DNA of 64,000 nucleotides, taken from positions 36,332,001 through 36,396,000 of the forward strand of contig NC_043005.1 of assembly GCF_006345805.1 (NCBI RefSeq). Reading direction: 5' to 3'. This document shows, one piece after another, positions 1-12,720 of the stretch (positions within the stretch are counted from its first letter, which is position 1; every line of letters starts with the position of its first letter). A program made the position numbers and the translations under genes. Source of the DNA: Octopus sinensis. Taxonomy: Eukaryota. The notes beneath the pieces were generated by a model. It made no database searches, was not told where the DNA came from, and saw nothing but the letters and a program-made list of their open reading frames with translations.

Positions 1-79
1 TCGAAATCTGTCATTATTTTTGTTGTTGTCGTTGCTATTGTTACTGTCGTTGTTATTGTCGTTGTTATTGATTGTATAT

Positions 80-300
80 AATGCAGCGAGATGGCAGAAT
101 CATTAACGGATGGACAAAATGATTAGCGGTATTTCTTCCAGTTTTGCGTTGTGGGTTCAGATTCCTCCTAGCTCGACTTTGTCTTTCATCCTTCCGTGGT
201 CGATAAAATAAGTACCAGCTGAGCACTGGAGTCGATGTAATTGACTAGCTTCCTTCTTCCACCCCTAAATTTTTTGTCTTACGCTTATGATAGAAACAAT
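80..300 (+). mobile_element. tRNA-derived SINE, family S2, diverged copy
   Basis: Head gagatggcagaatcatta...gggttcagattcc, then core ctttcatccttccgtggtcgataaaataagtacc shared with many copies in the window. Confidence 0.75.
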
Positions 301-344
301 TATTCTAAATGTGACCAACAAGCAGTTGCTCATAATATCGGTTT

Positions 345-555
345 TAAATTTTAGCACAAGGGGGGCATCTTCGAGTGAAGGTGGGTAAGTCTATTACATC
401 AATCCCAGTGCTCAAATGCTACTTATTTTATCGACCCCGAAAGGATGAAAGGCATAGCGGACTTCGGCGGAATTTGAACTCAGAACGTAAAGACGGACGA
501 AATGCCGCCAAGCATTTTCCCGGGTATGCTAACGATTCTGTCAGATTTCCGGCTT
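345..555 (-). mobile_element. SINE S2 copy
   Basis: Minus strand reads gacagaatcgttagc...gttctgagttcaaattccgcc...cctttcggggtcgataaaataagt, matching the S2 head and core. Confidence 0.8.
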
Positions 556-572
556 TCAGTTTTATCATAATA

Positions 573-971
573 TTAGCAATATCACCGGGCGTTGCTCGGG
601 TTTGTTTCGACCCTTTAGAATTGGAATTTTTGAAAAGTAAAAGTTTTGCATTATGTAGCTTGTTATTCTCTTTAAGTGAACATTTTTCTGGTTGAAATAC
701 ACCGAAAAATGGCGACACAGCTGTCAAAAAAAAATCGTAAAAAATAGGGATCTTCATAGAAAAAAAGCACCTTTTTGATGCATATGATTTTTGGTGTTAA
801 CATGGTCCGATTTGAATTTATTCTTCTACGGAAGGAAGAGCAAACCTTCTTCTATTATACTGTCAATTTTGGTCAAGTTGCGCCGCAGGGTCTCGAAGGA
901 GATAGTGTTAGTTGAAGGCTACCAAACCAACCTGCCATACACAGACAACCTCAGCGTTATATATATAGAGA
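573..971 (-). mobile_element. Non-autonomous Helitron
   Basis: Minus strand starts A|TC (tctctatatatataac) and ends with GC-rich hairpin cccgagcaacgcccgg followed by CTAA|T (consensus CTAG|T). No ORF. Confidence 0.65.
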
Positions 972-1267
972 TCATGTTAAAATTTGTTTCTAGACTTTAA
1001 TATAGAAATAAGAGACAGAGACTGAGACTGAGAAATTGTCTAGAAACAGCTATCACTTTCTACTACACACCTTGTCTGCAGTGCCCATAAAAACCCACTA
1101 GTAAGCATTGCAACTAATCTGAGCTTGTATGATAAACTCATCACTATATATCGTATACTAATCTCCTGATCAGTCTCTACGACAATGTACAAAATACACG
1201 GCTTCTTGAAAACGTACAATGTAATACTTGAAAGGATCCTGATTTACTATATAATATGGTTAGAGTA

Positions 1268-1483
1268 TTATACATACATGCATACATATAAACATACATG
1301 AATATATAAACACATATTTCTATACTCTGATACAGACGTATTTACATACATACATACATGTATACATACATACATACATACATACATACATACATGCATG
1401 CATGCATGCATACATAATACATACATAGATACATACATACATACATGCATGTATGCATATACACACACAGACATATGCATACA

Positions 1484-1515
<32 letters not shown>
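1268..1515. repeat. (CATA)n compound microsatellite
   Basis: Direct reading. Confidence 0.95.
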
Positions 1516-1516
<1 letters not shown>

Positions 1517-1550
1517 CGGAGTAAATGCGCTAAGCAGTGTTTACGTATAA

Positions 1551-1774
1551 TCACAATTTACGTTAGTTGAAATATTTTTGTCACATATTCCAACTACTAA
1601 AAGCAAATACACTGCAGTTATCGTGGAAAAAAAATTCTCTCCTATGGTAAGAAGGTGCGTTTTCACACCTTTTTTTACCATAAAAGAAAAGCTGTTCTCC
1701 ACGGTGACTGCAGTATATTTGCTTTGAGTAGTTGAAATATGTGACAAACATATTTCAAGTAACGTAAATTGTAA
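1551..1774. mobile_element. Foldback MITE-like element (near-complete hairpin)
   Basis: Left arm cacaatttacgttagttgaaatatttttgtcacatattccaactact pairs with right arm agtagttgaaatatgtgacaaacatatttcaagtaacgtaaattgt; inner arms tatggtaagaaggtg / cacctttttttaccata. Confidence 0.8.
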
Positions 1775-2105
1775 TATATATATATATATATATATATAAA
1801 GGAGTGAGTGAAGAGCCGAACGGAATTAACACTCATGGAGATGTATCTATTAATTTATGAACATTACCTCCTCGTGTTATTTAAAGTTTCGTGGACGGGG
1901 AAATATATCATGGCCAGCTCGCCGGACATATGAAGACGTAGATAAATGAGGACATACGTAAATAAAGAGGTACGTGAGTGTATACGGAGACAAGAAGTGT
2001 GTAGTTTAGTAGCCGTGGAGAGCGGATTATGCAACGCCTCCAACTCAAACAGAGAAGATACGAAACTGATCTATCTCTCTTTTATTTAGTAATGTCAGCG
2101 TTGCT

Positions 2106-2132
2106 CTGAAGAAAGTTTAACTCTGAAACGTC
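2106..2132 (+). ncRNA. Degenerate minimal hammerhead ribozyme motif
   Basis: CTGAAGA-aagtttaactct-GAAACGTC; helix II imperfect, helix I weak. Confidence 0.35.
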
Positions 2133-2254
2133 GGGTGCTCACTCTCTATTGAAAGTTCATTTGACTATTTTTGATTTATTTCGAAATAATACAAGCCTTG
2201 CTGAGGCCGATCATTGCCTAAATCCTTGAATTATGTTTTATCTCAAATAAATCC

Positions 2255-2360
2255 ATCCATTCAGTCTTCCATCCATCCATCCATCCATCCATCCATCCAT
2301 CCATCAATCCATCCATCCATCCATCCGTCCGTCCGTCCGTCCATCCATCCATCCATCCAT
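2255..2360. repeat. (TCCA)n microsatellite
   Basis: Direct reading. Confidence 0.95.
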
Positions 2361-2875
2361 CTATATACATACATATATACATATATATAGACATATATAT
2401 ATTATATAAAAAAAAACCCTACCACTTCACATCGACTTGGCTTAACAGCCCTCACCGTTTGTTTTTATAGTTTTGACCTCACTCTCATGTTTATGTTACC
2501 ACTTTCACCCTCCGCAAAAAATCCCAAATTTTATTTAATTTGCTTTGCGGGAAGGACTGTTTTAACGAAGTCGCGTCTTGTCCCTAACTTCAAAACGCAG
2601 AGTAGATAAAACAGCAAACAACTGATGAAAGGAACGTTTTTTATGTTGCCTGTCTCGTTTCTCTGTTTGTTTCTTTCGTTGTTCGAAAAATGTTCGTTTT
2701 CTATGCTTTTGTTTTGTTTTTATGTTCTCGTTTCTCATTGTGTCTACGTTTTCTTTTCACGTCCTGTACCCATATATGCATGTATATATACATATATATG
2801 TAGGTATGTACATATATGTATGTATATATGCATATATTTTATATATTATTTATATATATATATTATTTATATATT

Positions 2876-2917
<42 letters not shown>

Positions 2918-3015
2918 ACGGGAAGCTTTATGAAAATAGACAAAAGACGAAGGCAGGTGGAAAACAAACGAACAATTGTATTAGTATGGCGCTCAGGAAA
3001 TATAAATAAAACAAG

Positions 3016-3053
3016 TCTTTAACGTTTCGAGCCTACGCTCTTCAACAGAAAGA
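3016..3053 (-). ncRNA. Minimal type I hammerhead variant (Penelope-type)
   Basis: tcttt-CTGTTGA-a-GAGC gtag GCTC-GAAACGTT-aaaga: 5-bp helix I, 4-bp helix II, palindromic AACGTT in place of helix III; core has A6 to U. Confidence 0.55.
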
Positions 3054-3867
3054 TACACAGAGAGAAAAAAAAACACAGAAAGAAGGAGAGAAAAAAAAAT
3101 GCGTGCAGTAGCTAACGAATCAACATGGCGATATGTATATATGTACACACACACACATATATGTATGTATGTATGTGTGTGTGCGTGCGCGTGGGTAAAT
3201 ATAAATTAAAATTTAAAACAGTCTTCTATGCATCATATATAATATATTGCACACTGTCGATATTTCCGTGTCCTCCTCATATTTATTGTGTTTCTAACAA
3301 AGCATGTCCATAAGAGTTGTTACCTCAGAACAAATACTGCAGTAATATATCGGCAGTATATATACATGAACTATACTACATAGCCCGCTACATATATGTA
3401 CACACACAGACACACAGACACACAGAGACACCCCCCACACACGCATGCACACTCTCTCTCTCACACACACACACAAACTCACACACACACACACACATGT
3501 AGTATTATCAAACAGACCTATCAAAAGTGTATATTCGCTAAGACTATTTTTAGTTTCCACATCAAACTTAGTAAGTTTGACCCTGAGGTTTTCTGGTGTA
3601 AAAGAATAGTAACGAAAACTTCGTTAAATTGCGTTCTCCAAGAATAATAATGGCGATTTCCACTAACAGGCTGGAATCACAATGGTTCTAAGTCTATGAC
3701 AAGTCATTGCAAATGGGCAAAATCATAATAAAAACGACAATAAGTGTTATAAAATTGCATTTATAATACAGAAATGCATTAGTTCATCAGACAATATTTA
3801 CGAAACGTATACGGCGTAACTTAAAACGATTCCGTAATATAACCACGAATCACACACGCACACACGT

Positions 3868-3901
3868 GATTTATATATATATATATTATATATATATATA
3901 T

Positions 3902-3934
<33 letters not shown>

Positions 3935-3937
3935 TGT

Positions 3938-3998
<61 letters not shown>

Positions 3999-4060
3999 AA
4001 TACATACACACATACATACATATATATATATGTATGTATATACATATACGTGTGTGCGTG
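3868..4060. repeat. (TA)n microsatellite
   Basis: Direct reading. Confidence 0.95.
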
Positions 4061-4681
4061 TGTGTGGAAATATGAATATATATCTATATCTATAAGTATG
4101 TATATATCTATCTATATGTATGCATAATGTACTGATCCGTTCTGCTAAATGATATGTGTGCATATGTGTGTGCGTATATGAATGTATGCATATCTCATGT
4201 GTTTATATATATATATATATATACACGCGTGCTTATATTACACACTACACACGCACATATCTAAATATACTTACGTACTCATAAGTATATAAGCGACAAT
4301 ATGTTTACACAGATAAACGTATATAAGTGATAGTGTATGTGTGTGTAATATATATATGCATTATATAAATGTGAAAATAAGGTTATTATTTTAAAGCAAG
4401 CTTAAGAATAACGGAACAGTTACTGATGAATGAACTGAGAGAAGAATCAAATTTACACACACACACGTGCGCACACATGCACGCACTCACACACGTACGC
4501 GCGCGAACATACATACACAACACACACATAGGCCACATACACATACTTATGTGCGATATGTGTATATATATATATACACACACGTAAATGTTGAACAATG
4601 AGAATGAGTGCTCAACACCGTATTGGTGGATAACGATTGATTAAGCCTTAATACACAAATATGTATATATACATATATACT

Positions 4682-4898
4682 CTTACTCTTTTACTCTTTT
4701 ACTTGTTTCAGTCATTTAACTGCGGCCATGCTGGGGCACCGTCTTTAGTCGAGCAAATCGACCCCGGGACTTATTCTTTGTAAGCCCAGTACTTATTCTA
4801 TCGGTCTGTTTTGCCGAACCGCTAAGTAACAGGGACGTAAACACACCAGCATCGGTTGTCAAGCAATGCTAGGGGGACAAACGCAGACACACAAATAC

Positions 4899-4935
<37 letters not shown>

Positions 4936-5103
4936 CATATATACGACAGGCTTATTTCAGTTTCCGTCTACCAAATCTACTCACAAGGCATTGGTCGGCC
5001 CGGGACTATAGCAGAAGACACTTGCTCAAGATGCCACGCAGTGGGACTGAACCCGGAACCATGTGGTTGGTTAGCAAGCTACTTACCACACAGCCACTCC
5101 TGC
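4682..5103 (-). mobile_element. tRNA-derived SINE, family S1, full length
   Basis: Head ggagtggctgtgtggtaag (A box) and gggttcagtccc (B box), internal (TA)n(TG)n tract, tail gactgaaacaagtaaaagagtaaaagag. Confidence 0.9.
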
Positions 5104-5169
5104 ACGCACGCAATATGCAGAATACTGAGAAGCAAGCAATAACACACCACCACTACCACCAACATTCCC

Positions 5170-5470
5170 ACCAGGCGAGGGTCTACATTGGCAGCCCTCT
5201 CGATTTCATGGTCCGCTACCGGAATCTCATGAACTCCTTTTCAGATAAAGTCTCTAAATTTTCGAAATTCTCGACCCCTTCCCTAACTACATACATACAC
5301 CACTTTAAGTCCAAAATATTCCTTACATCTTACGCTGGTTCGTTGTGAGGCTCCTCCGTAAAATACTAACCACCATGTTCATGTTGTCGGGAATCGCACA
5401 CTACCGTTCGTCATCATAACGTCTCGTTACTGAACAGAGCCTCTGACGTAATCATGTGAAATAAGCACTA
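5170..5470 (+). pseudogene. Penelope-like element GIY-YIG endonuclease, C-terminal relic
   Basis: RVYIGSPLDFMVRYRNLMNSF...SLTTYIHHFKSK, then after frameshifts LRWFVV and SLLNRASDVIM, resembling the Penelope VYIG...RY.NH..SF...TLS.YI..LK...W.I...LLN.R.E pattern. Confidence 0.65.
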
Positions 5471-6709
5471 ATTCTATTCTTTACGCCCTTTGCGTAAAGC
5501 CGTTATGATATCTCCTTATTATGGTTTAGCTCCTACTAATTACTTAGCTGTATGCTAGTAGCATGTTCTTGCTCTTTCTCTTACTCTATTCTCCTTGTAC
5601 CTTTCTCGTTTAGATAGATTGATAGATGAACATATAGATACATAAATAAATGCAAACGTACATATATTCGCGTGTATGTTCTTCATTCAGAACACTGTAC
5701 TGTAGGCTACAGTTTTGAAACCAGGTTTCAGAAATTCTGTACTGAGCCAAATCTTTTAAGGACATAGTAATAGGTTATGTACTAAATTTTTTATTTATAC
5801 TTCAATAAATTTACAGTATACAGTTGCACTTTAATTTTGTGATTGTTATATTCTGTAGAAAAAGAATTTCAGTTAAATCATAGTCTTTTTTTATTTTCTG
5901 CAACCAGAATGTGTCTACGGATGTACGTGTTGTTAGAAACGATACTCTATTATCTTCTTAATTTTGTGCTATATTAACATTTGAATTTCTAAAGGTAAGA
6001 ACCTGACTGAACATTTTAATAAATCAACAAAGAAGTAAACTTGAGCCAAACTAGCTCATTTGTTTGCCGGGCTCTATGTAAATATTAAAAATTGTTCTGA
6101 AAAGGGAATCTTCTATGAACGAAAATTAATTTGTTTTAGGCGTGCTTAAAAATAATTCACTGCCTTTATTGATCGTGGACGAGATGGCTTTGAGTTTTCC
6201 TTTTCGTTGTTAACATTCTGATTGCAAATCTGTCCAGAACAGTATCTGCTGCTATTTATTTCTTAAATCAGTGTCAGACAAGTTGTACCTAAATATGTGA
6301 GATCCCTCTTTTCTTTGCTGTAACATCGGTCCATTAGTGTATAATTATTGATTTATCTTTATTCTTTTACTATGCATACGGGCGTATCGTGCGAGGAAAG
6401 ACATTTTGTAAATTAACTCTGCTTTTCTTCTTACGATTCTCTGAAAAGTAATAGATATGTGAGGCTTCCCTTTTCTTTACACGGCTCTTTGCATATCTAT
6501 TGAACTGTTCAAAGTCTTTTGAGCTGCAAAGTTTGGAGAGTAGGAGACAGACAAGATTGTCCTCCATATCGTGGTCTATTTCTCCATATCCATGGGTAGT
6601 TGGTCTAGTTTTGTAACCCCATCTAACCAAAGCAACTTTTGACCGTTCTCATTATCAGATGGTTGAGTATCTCCCATTAAATTCATTGTGCTTCGGAGCC
6701 AGGATGGAA

Positions 6710-6803
6710 GTCTTCAGCTGGTGTGGAGGATTGCCATCACAATCGGAGAAGGATCGTCTTCAGCTGGTGTGGAGGATTGCCATCACAATCGGAGAAGGAT
6801 CGT
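6710..6803. repeat. Perfect 46-bp tandem duplication
   Basis: gtcttcagctggtgtggaggattgccatcacaatcggagaaggatc at 6710 and again at 6756. Confidence 0.95.
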
Positions 6804-7663
6804 TTTCAAGCTTTTCCATCAATAGGTGGTCTCTGGTCTCTTTCCGAGATGTTAAAAAGGCTGAACATGGCTAGACTGCGTCAAGTGGTACAAAACAGCT
6901 TATAGTAAAAATATATGTATTTAAAGATTGAACTTCTTCCTTGAATGACCTGAAGACAAATACCGCTTCCCGCCGTATTTATTCCCTCCCTCTTGGCACT
7001 TGCAGATATGTGCTTTACTTTTTATCTCTTCGTTGTAGAAAATAATACACCAATAGAAGGGGGTGAATTGACGGGATTGTAAATGAATTGGACAGTGATG
7101 ATTTGCAGTAACTGTCTCGGCTCTTGGCCTTTTGAGTTCTCGTAGGCTAGGTTTAATTCATCGTCAGGTATAACATCGTCACCTTGGTCCTTGGGTACCT
7201 TTAGAGTCTAACTAGTTGGAAATATTCGAGCCTGGTCTCATACATGTGGGTAACATCTCTTCCACCTACCAGTCTCACAGACCTTGGAAATTTGAGTGTC
7301 ATAGCTCCGTTCATCCCTCCCTTTAGTGGTACTGGGTTGTACAATGGTTAAGAATTTTATTTTTAATATTGAGTTACGTGATATTTTAACATTTTAATTC
7401 TTAATGGTAAACATCACTGAATGTCACAAACTGAAGCAAATTAGAACCAATCTAAAGACAATCCTTATGCATACACACACACAACTTGCACGCGCACATA
7501 TATGCATATATACCTATTCGTTATATTTACACATCTGTATGTATATATGTATGTACATATATTTATATCTATAACTATCTATCTCTGTCTCTCTCTGTCT
7601 GTCTGTCTATCTGTCTCTCTGTCTGTCTGACTCTCTCTCTATATATATATATATACACATATA

Positions 7664-7697
<34 letters not shown>

Positions 7698-8530
7698 CAC
7701 CTGTATATTCATATTCATTGTAGTTACATGGCCAAAAGGCAAATTAACAGCTTTATTCGTCTGCAGATAATAAGTCTTATCGACACATAATGTTCAAAAA
7801 GATCTCATGGTGGCGGCGAGAATGCGAGATGTGCATTTCTGCCTCATTGGGTTTTGTCAGCCAAATATGAAGACGAAATCCATCCCGCCTGATATAGAAA
7901 AACAGTGACCGAAAAATGATTGATGTTAAAGTTAGCCGGCAACAAAAGCAGCATAAGAATAAGATAGCCATCTGTGTATCACACCTAAAGCAAATACATC
8001 ACTTAAAATGCAAGTATACTACGGCATTCGTTCGGAGATGATATCTGTACTTTTAAGCACAGTACGTCACTAAGAGATATTTATATTATGCCCAGAGATA
8101 ATAGAAATGTAAATAAAATGGCCTGAATGATGAATATAAACCGATTCAAAGGCTGCACTCTCTGTTAACTAATCTTTCATGCTAGTCGCATAACCCTTTA
8201 TTCCTTTTGATAATTTCAATCAACTCCCTACTTGCTGGTCCTTCTTATAATAACGAAACCTGTACTTAAGAAAAGTTATTGTTCGATATCATGGTGAAGT
8301 TTGCGGTAAGAACTATAACCAGCTTAACGCCTTTGATCCTTGAATGTGTAAAAAAATAAAATAAATAAATAAATAAATAGTACTAAACCGGTGCTGGTTC
8401 GAATCAAACGGCTATATTTAAAAAAAAAAAGAAAAGTCTTATAATCAGTTGGCAAAATATTTTGTTTTCGGGAACGAGTTTAGTACTTAAGATATAGGCA
8501 ATTCATATTATTCAGTTTAGTGTGTAAGTG

Positions 8531-8569
<39 letters not shown>

Positions 8570-8575
8570 TACTAC

Positions 8576-8621
<46 letters not shown>

Positions 8622-8660
8622 TGTAGTAGCAGCAGCAGCAGCAACAGCAACAGTAGTATG
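8531..8660. repeat. (TAC)n(TAG)n palindromic microsatellite followed by (CAG/CAA)n
   Basis: Centre actagt at 8574-8579. Confidence 0.95.
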
Positions 8661-9599
8661 AATCATTGTAAAATCTGCATGACTACTCTTTTCTCCATAA
8701 AAATGCTAACGCCGAAACAGTGAGCCGTTTTCTTGTCACGATAATTCAGACCATCATCACGATAACACAGACCATCAACAGTTTTCTCCGATACTGACAT
8801 TTCTCCTTTATTCAGATTCTGTTAAAATATTTTCGCTTCATCAGTTCCATTCAAGTTTTCCAGATAAGCGTAAGACCTTCCTACTTCCCGCCCCTACAAA
8901 CCCAAGGCTTTGTACCCATCCTGTAACAAATCATTGTGTTATTCGGTACCTCACGTTTATATGTCCAAATAATTTCGCTCTCAACTTTTGCAATATTTTT
9001 GAGTAACCATCAACTGAATACCAGTAATATACTGGTATCTAGTTAAGCCATAGTACTACATTTTTTCTTTAATAAAGAAGACCCTGTGCGTAATTCATTA
9101 TTCATTATTACGATGTATACATTATCTCTGAATACGCTTGTGTAAGAATTAAAAGCATCCGACGAAAGGATATGGAAAAAATATCTATTTCAGATATTGC
9201 ATAAATATTCTGCTACTTTTAGCACGTGTGCAGACGAAACCGGAAGTCAAATCGGAAGTTGGTACAAACCGGATATTTGACTCATTGATTGAATTTGCTG
9301 TTGAAAATTCAGATTATTATTATGATTAATCTGATAGTAAAGTTGATACAAAAGCAATAGAACTAAAATAAATGAAATATGTTCTCTCATTCCTTGTTAT
9401 ACTAACTTTCCTCGGCTCAAATATTGTTCAGTCCACCACTGCCGATTCCTCACTTGCAATGGTACTGTGGTTATTGCAATCAAATAAACCACTTCCTTAT
9501 ACTAAAGATTTGCTGCTTCTGCAAACAGAATAACTATTTCGAACATCAAAGTGGCAGATAGTTCTCATAGATTTGCATAATTTCAATTATTTCCAGTTT

Positions 9600-9880
9600 T
9601 TATCGCCTCAGGCCCACAAGCATGTTATCTGCCCTCTCTGTATTTTCTATCGGTACAATAATGACCTCTGTTCCTCAGAACATATCCTTACACTCAGGTC
9701 TCATATCCCTACGTTCAGGAGCCCTAGACCACTTATCTCTCTTATCTTCCGTGTTGTGTCCAACTCACCCCTTCACCTCAGATCTTCGTTCCCAGAACAT
9801 CAGTCCCCTAGAATCTTCTCCCTGTCCATAGCTTTCCAGTAGGTGCTGACCTGGAGCAGTTCAAACGGAACCTTAACGAT
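9600..9880 (+). mobile_element. CR1/L2-like LINE 3' remnant
   Basis: HVICPLCIFYRYNNDLCSSE...FPVGADLEQFKRNLN resembles the C-terminal RRNVASLxxFYRY...CSSEL...FP...DL..FK motif. Confidence 0.55.
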
Positions 9881-10767
9881 TAAATGTATCAATCCCATCA
9901 GCAGAGATTCTATGTCGTTAGTAAATAAAGAAAGGAACTACAGCGATCATATCCATTTTTCAAGATCCCTATTACCAATGGAATGAAGACAAGAAGTAGT
10001 ATTCAGACAAATATCCTGGCTAGTATTCATGCAAAAGAAGTAACTTCGCCACAGGCCTCTAGGTTCGAAGTAATTGAATTAAATCGAGATGCATATCATG
10101 TCCAATACATTGATAATATCACTGGGAAAGGTATGAACGTTACAATTCCTCATTATCCTTAAATTTTCTCAGTATCATGCTCGTATAAGAAGTCATTATT
10201 AGGATTATTATCACAATATATTGACGAACTAGAACATTCTGTAGCGTTTCGGAGAAAGTGCTAAATGGTTTTTCTTCCGGCTCTTACGATGTGTTCAAAT
10301 TTTGCCGCGGTCGACTACGCTTTCCATCCTTTAGAGATTGATAAAATAAATATAATTAAGCACTGGGGCAATATAGACGACTATGACCCTGCCCTAAAGT
10401 TGCTTGCATTTGTGAACCCTAAAACAAAACAATATCCGTTCCATTACAAAAAGAATGTCTTGACATGAATTTGACACATCTTTTTACACTTTTACTCCCA
10501 TGCTTAACTGGACCTTACACAGTAACAAAATTCCTATAACAAACCAAAATAAGTTTCCTCGCCATAACTAATTCGTATCAGGAAAAGGATAACTATAACT
10601 TTAAAGTTTCAGTTTGCTAACAGCCATCAGATTGCTCGTTGAGGGCAAGTAAACGACACTTCAAGTCACTGTCAACCTTGCGCTATTATTAATAAATGTG
10701 TATCTGCAAAAAATTATTGAGAAATCCTTCAGTTTAATATTAAATTGTGAATTTGATTCTTCACATG

Positions 10768-10809
<42 letters not shown>

Positions 10810-11284
10810 CACACACACACATACACAGACACAGACACACACACACACAAACGCACACGCACGCACACGTACACACACTCACACTCGCACACATTTAATA
10901 GTAGTTTCACTTAGTACTTGCATTCTGCTTCTATTATTTGATGAAATGAGCTCGTCCGACGTACACACGAAGCTGTTAGTCATAAAACATAAGTCAAACT
11001 ACTATGAAAAATATATGTAACTCCTACCAAATATGTTGAGTGCTACTCTCTTTTGTTCACAACATGTATGCATGTGTGTTTGTATATATAAGCACATATA
11101 TATATATATACATATGTGTGTGTGTGTTGCAGGGTGTGACGAATTCAAAAAGAAGCCATGTCTGTTCACTTAGGATAAAGAGCTCAAAGATAAGACTGAG
11201 TGAATAAAACATTTAATCCATAATTCTTAGCCAGACAGAATGTATTTTGAGGAGCTACAATTATGGTTTAAATATTTCATATAT

Positions 11285-11354
11285 TTCTATCTATCTATCT
11301 ATACATACATACATACATACATACATACACAAACGTATTGATACATACATACAT

Positions 11355-11442
<88 letters not shown>

Positions 11443-11560
11443 TATATATATATATAGATGTGTGTAAGGGGTGTATACATACATACACACGCACAAACAC
11501 ACATATATATTATATTATATTATATTATATTATATTACACACGCGCGCACACATATTGTG
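11285..11560. repeat. (TATC)(CATA)(TA)n compound microsatellite
   Basis: Direct reading. Confidence 0.9.
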
Positions 11561-12059
11561 TTTGATAATTTTGTCAGATTTTTCGTCGATGAATAAATAT
11601 TGCTTTAGTCAAAGGCCATACATCGAGGCAGAGTCGAATTAGTGTCATGGACTCTTGTTGTCTTTGACTCCCCAAAATAGCATTTTTATTTTGTTTTTCT
11701 TTCTTCTTCTTCTTCATGTTTTTATTACTCTCATCATTGATATTTTCCTTGTTATTCTTGTTGTCGTTGTTTTTGTTGCTATTCTCATTATGTTATTATT
11801 GTTTCTCCTTTTATCATTTTATTTGTTTTCTTACTGTTGACGTTGTTACTTCTCTAATATGTGTTGCTGTTGCGTGGCTACTGATAGTTAGTGACGATCT
11901 GAAGCTAAATTTAGGACTCGAATCGTCTTTTACTGTTGAAATTACCGCTAAAAATAACTGCATCGAGAGAAAGATATTTAAACGTCACCGAGTGACGTCA
12001 TAGAACTTATCGCTTCATTTCTCTTTTATTACTATGTACTGACAGAACAGTTGTAGGCA

Positions 12060-12099
12060 GATATGCATGCATGTATGTATGTATATATGTATGTATGTA

Positions 12100-12135
<36 letters not shown>

Positions 12136-12300
12136 TGTATGTATGTATGTATGTATGTATGTATGTATGTATGTATGTATGCGTTTATGTATGTATGTGT
12201 GGTTGTATGTATATTTATGCATATATATATATATGAATGTATGTATGTACGTATGAATTTATGTATCTATTAATGTACGTACATATGTATACCGGTCCTT
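12060..12300. repeat. (TATG)n microsatellite
   Basis: Direct reading. Confidence 0.9.
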
Positions 12301-12613
12301 ATGCAAGTGTGCATGTATGCTGTTTTGTATGTATGTACGTACGTGTGTATGCATATATGTATATACATCCTATGTGTAAAACATTTAAGTATGTTTCATC
12401 GTCGAACACACGGGCAGATTTGAGAAACACATAGTGAATATGCATAGACAAACAATGACACACGCAAACATATACACAGACACACCGATACATATACACA
12501 CATACGTATATACAAATACACACGCAGGTATGCATTATATTTAAGTATGTACGCATACATGAGTGTTTATATACGCATCTGTCACTGAATAGTAAATAGT
12601 AAGAAATAGTCAG

Positions 12614-12661
<48 letters not shown>

Positions 12662-12720
12662 ATAATAATAATAATGATGATGATAACAACAACAACAACA
12701 ACAACAGTAATAATAATAAT

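Noticed and set aside
5909-5994. AG...GT-bounded candidate exon
   Set aside because: All three frames contain stops.
6370-7350. Coding-looking minus-strand stretches (VCLLLSKLCSSKDFEQF; DDVIPDDELNLAYENS)
   Set aside because: No motif I can assign; many stops; probably an old element.
8380-8492. Small MITE with agtactaaac / gtttagtact ends
   Set aside because: The inverted match is only about 10 bp in AT-rich DNA.
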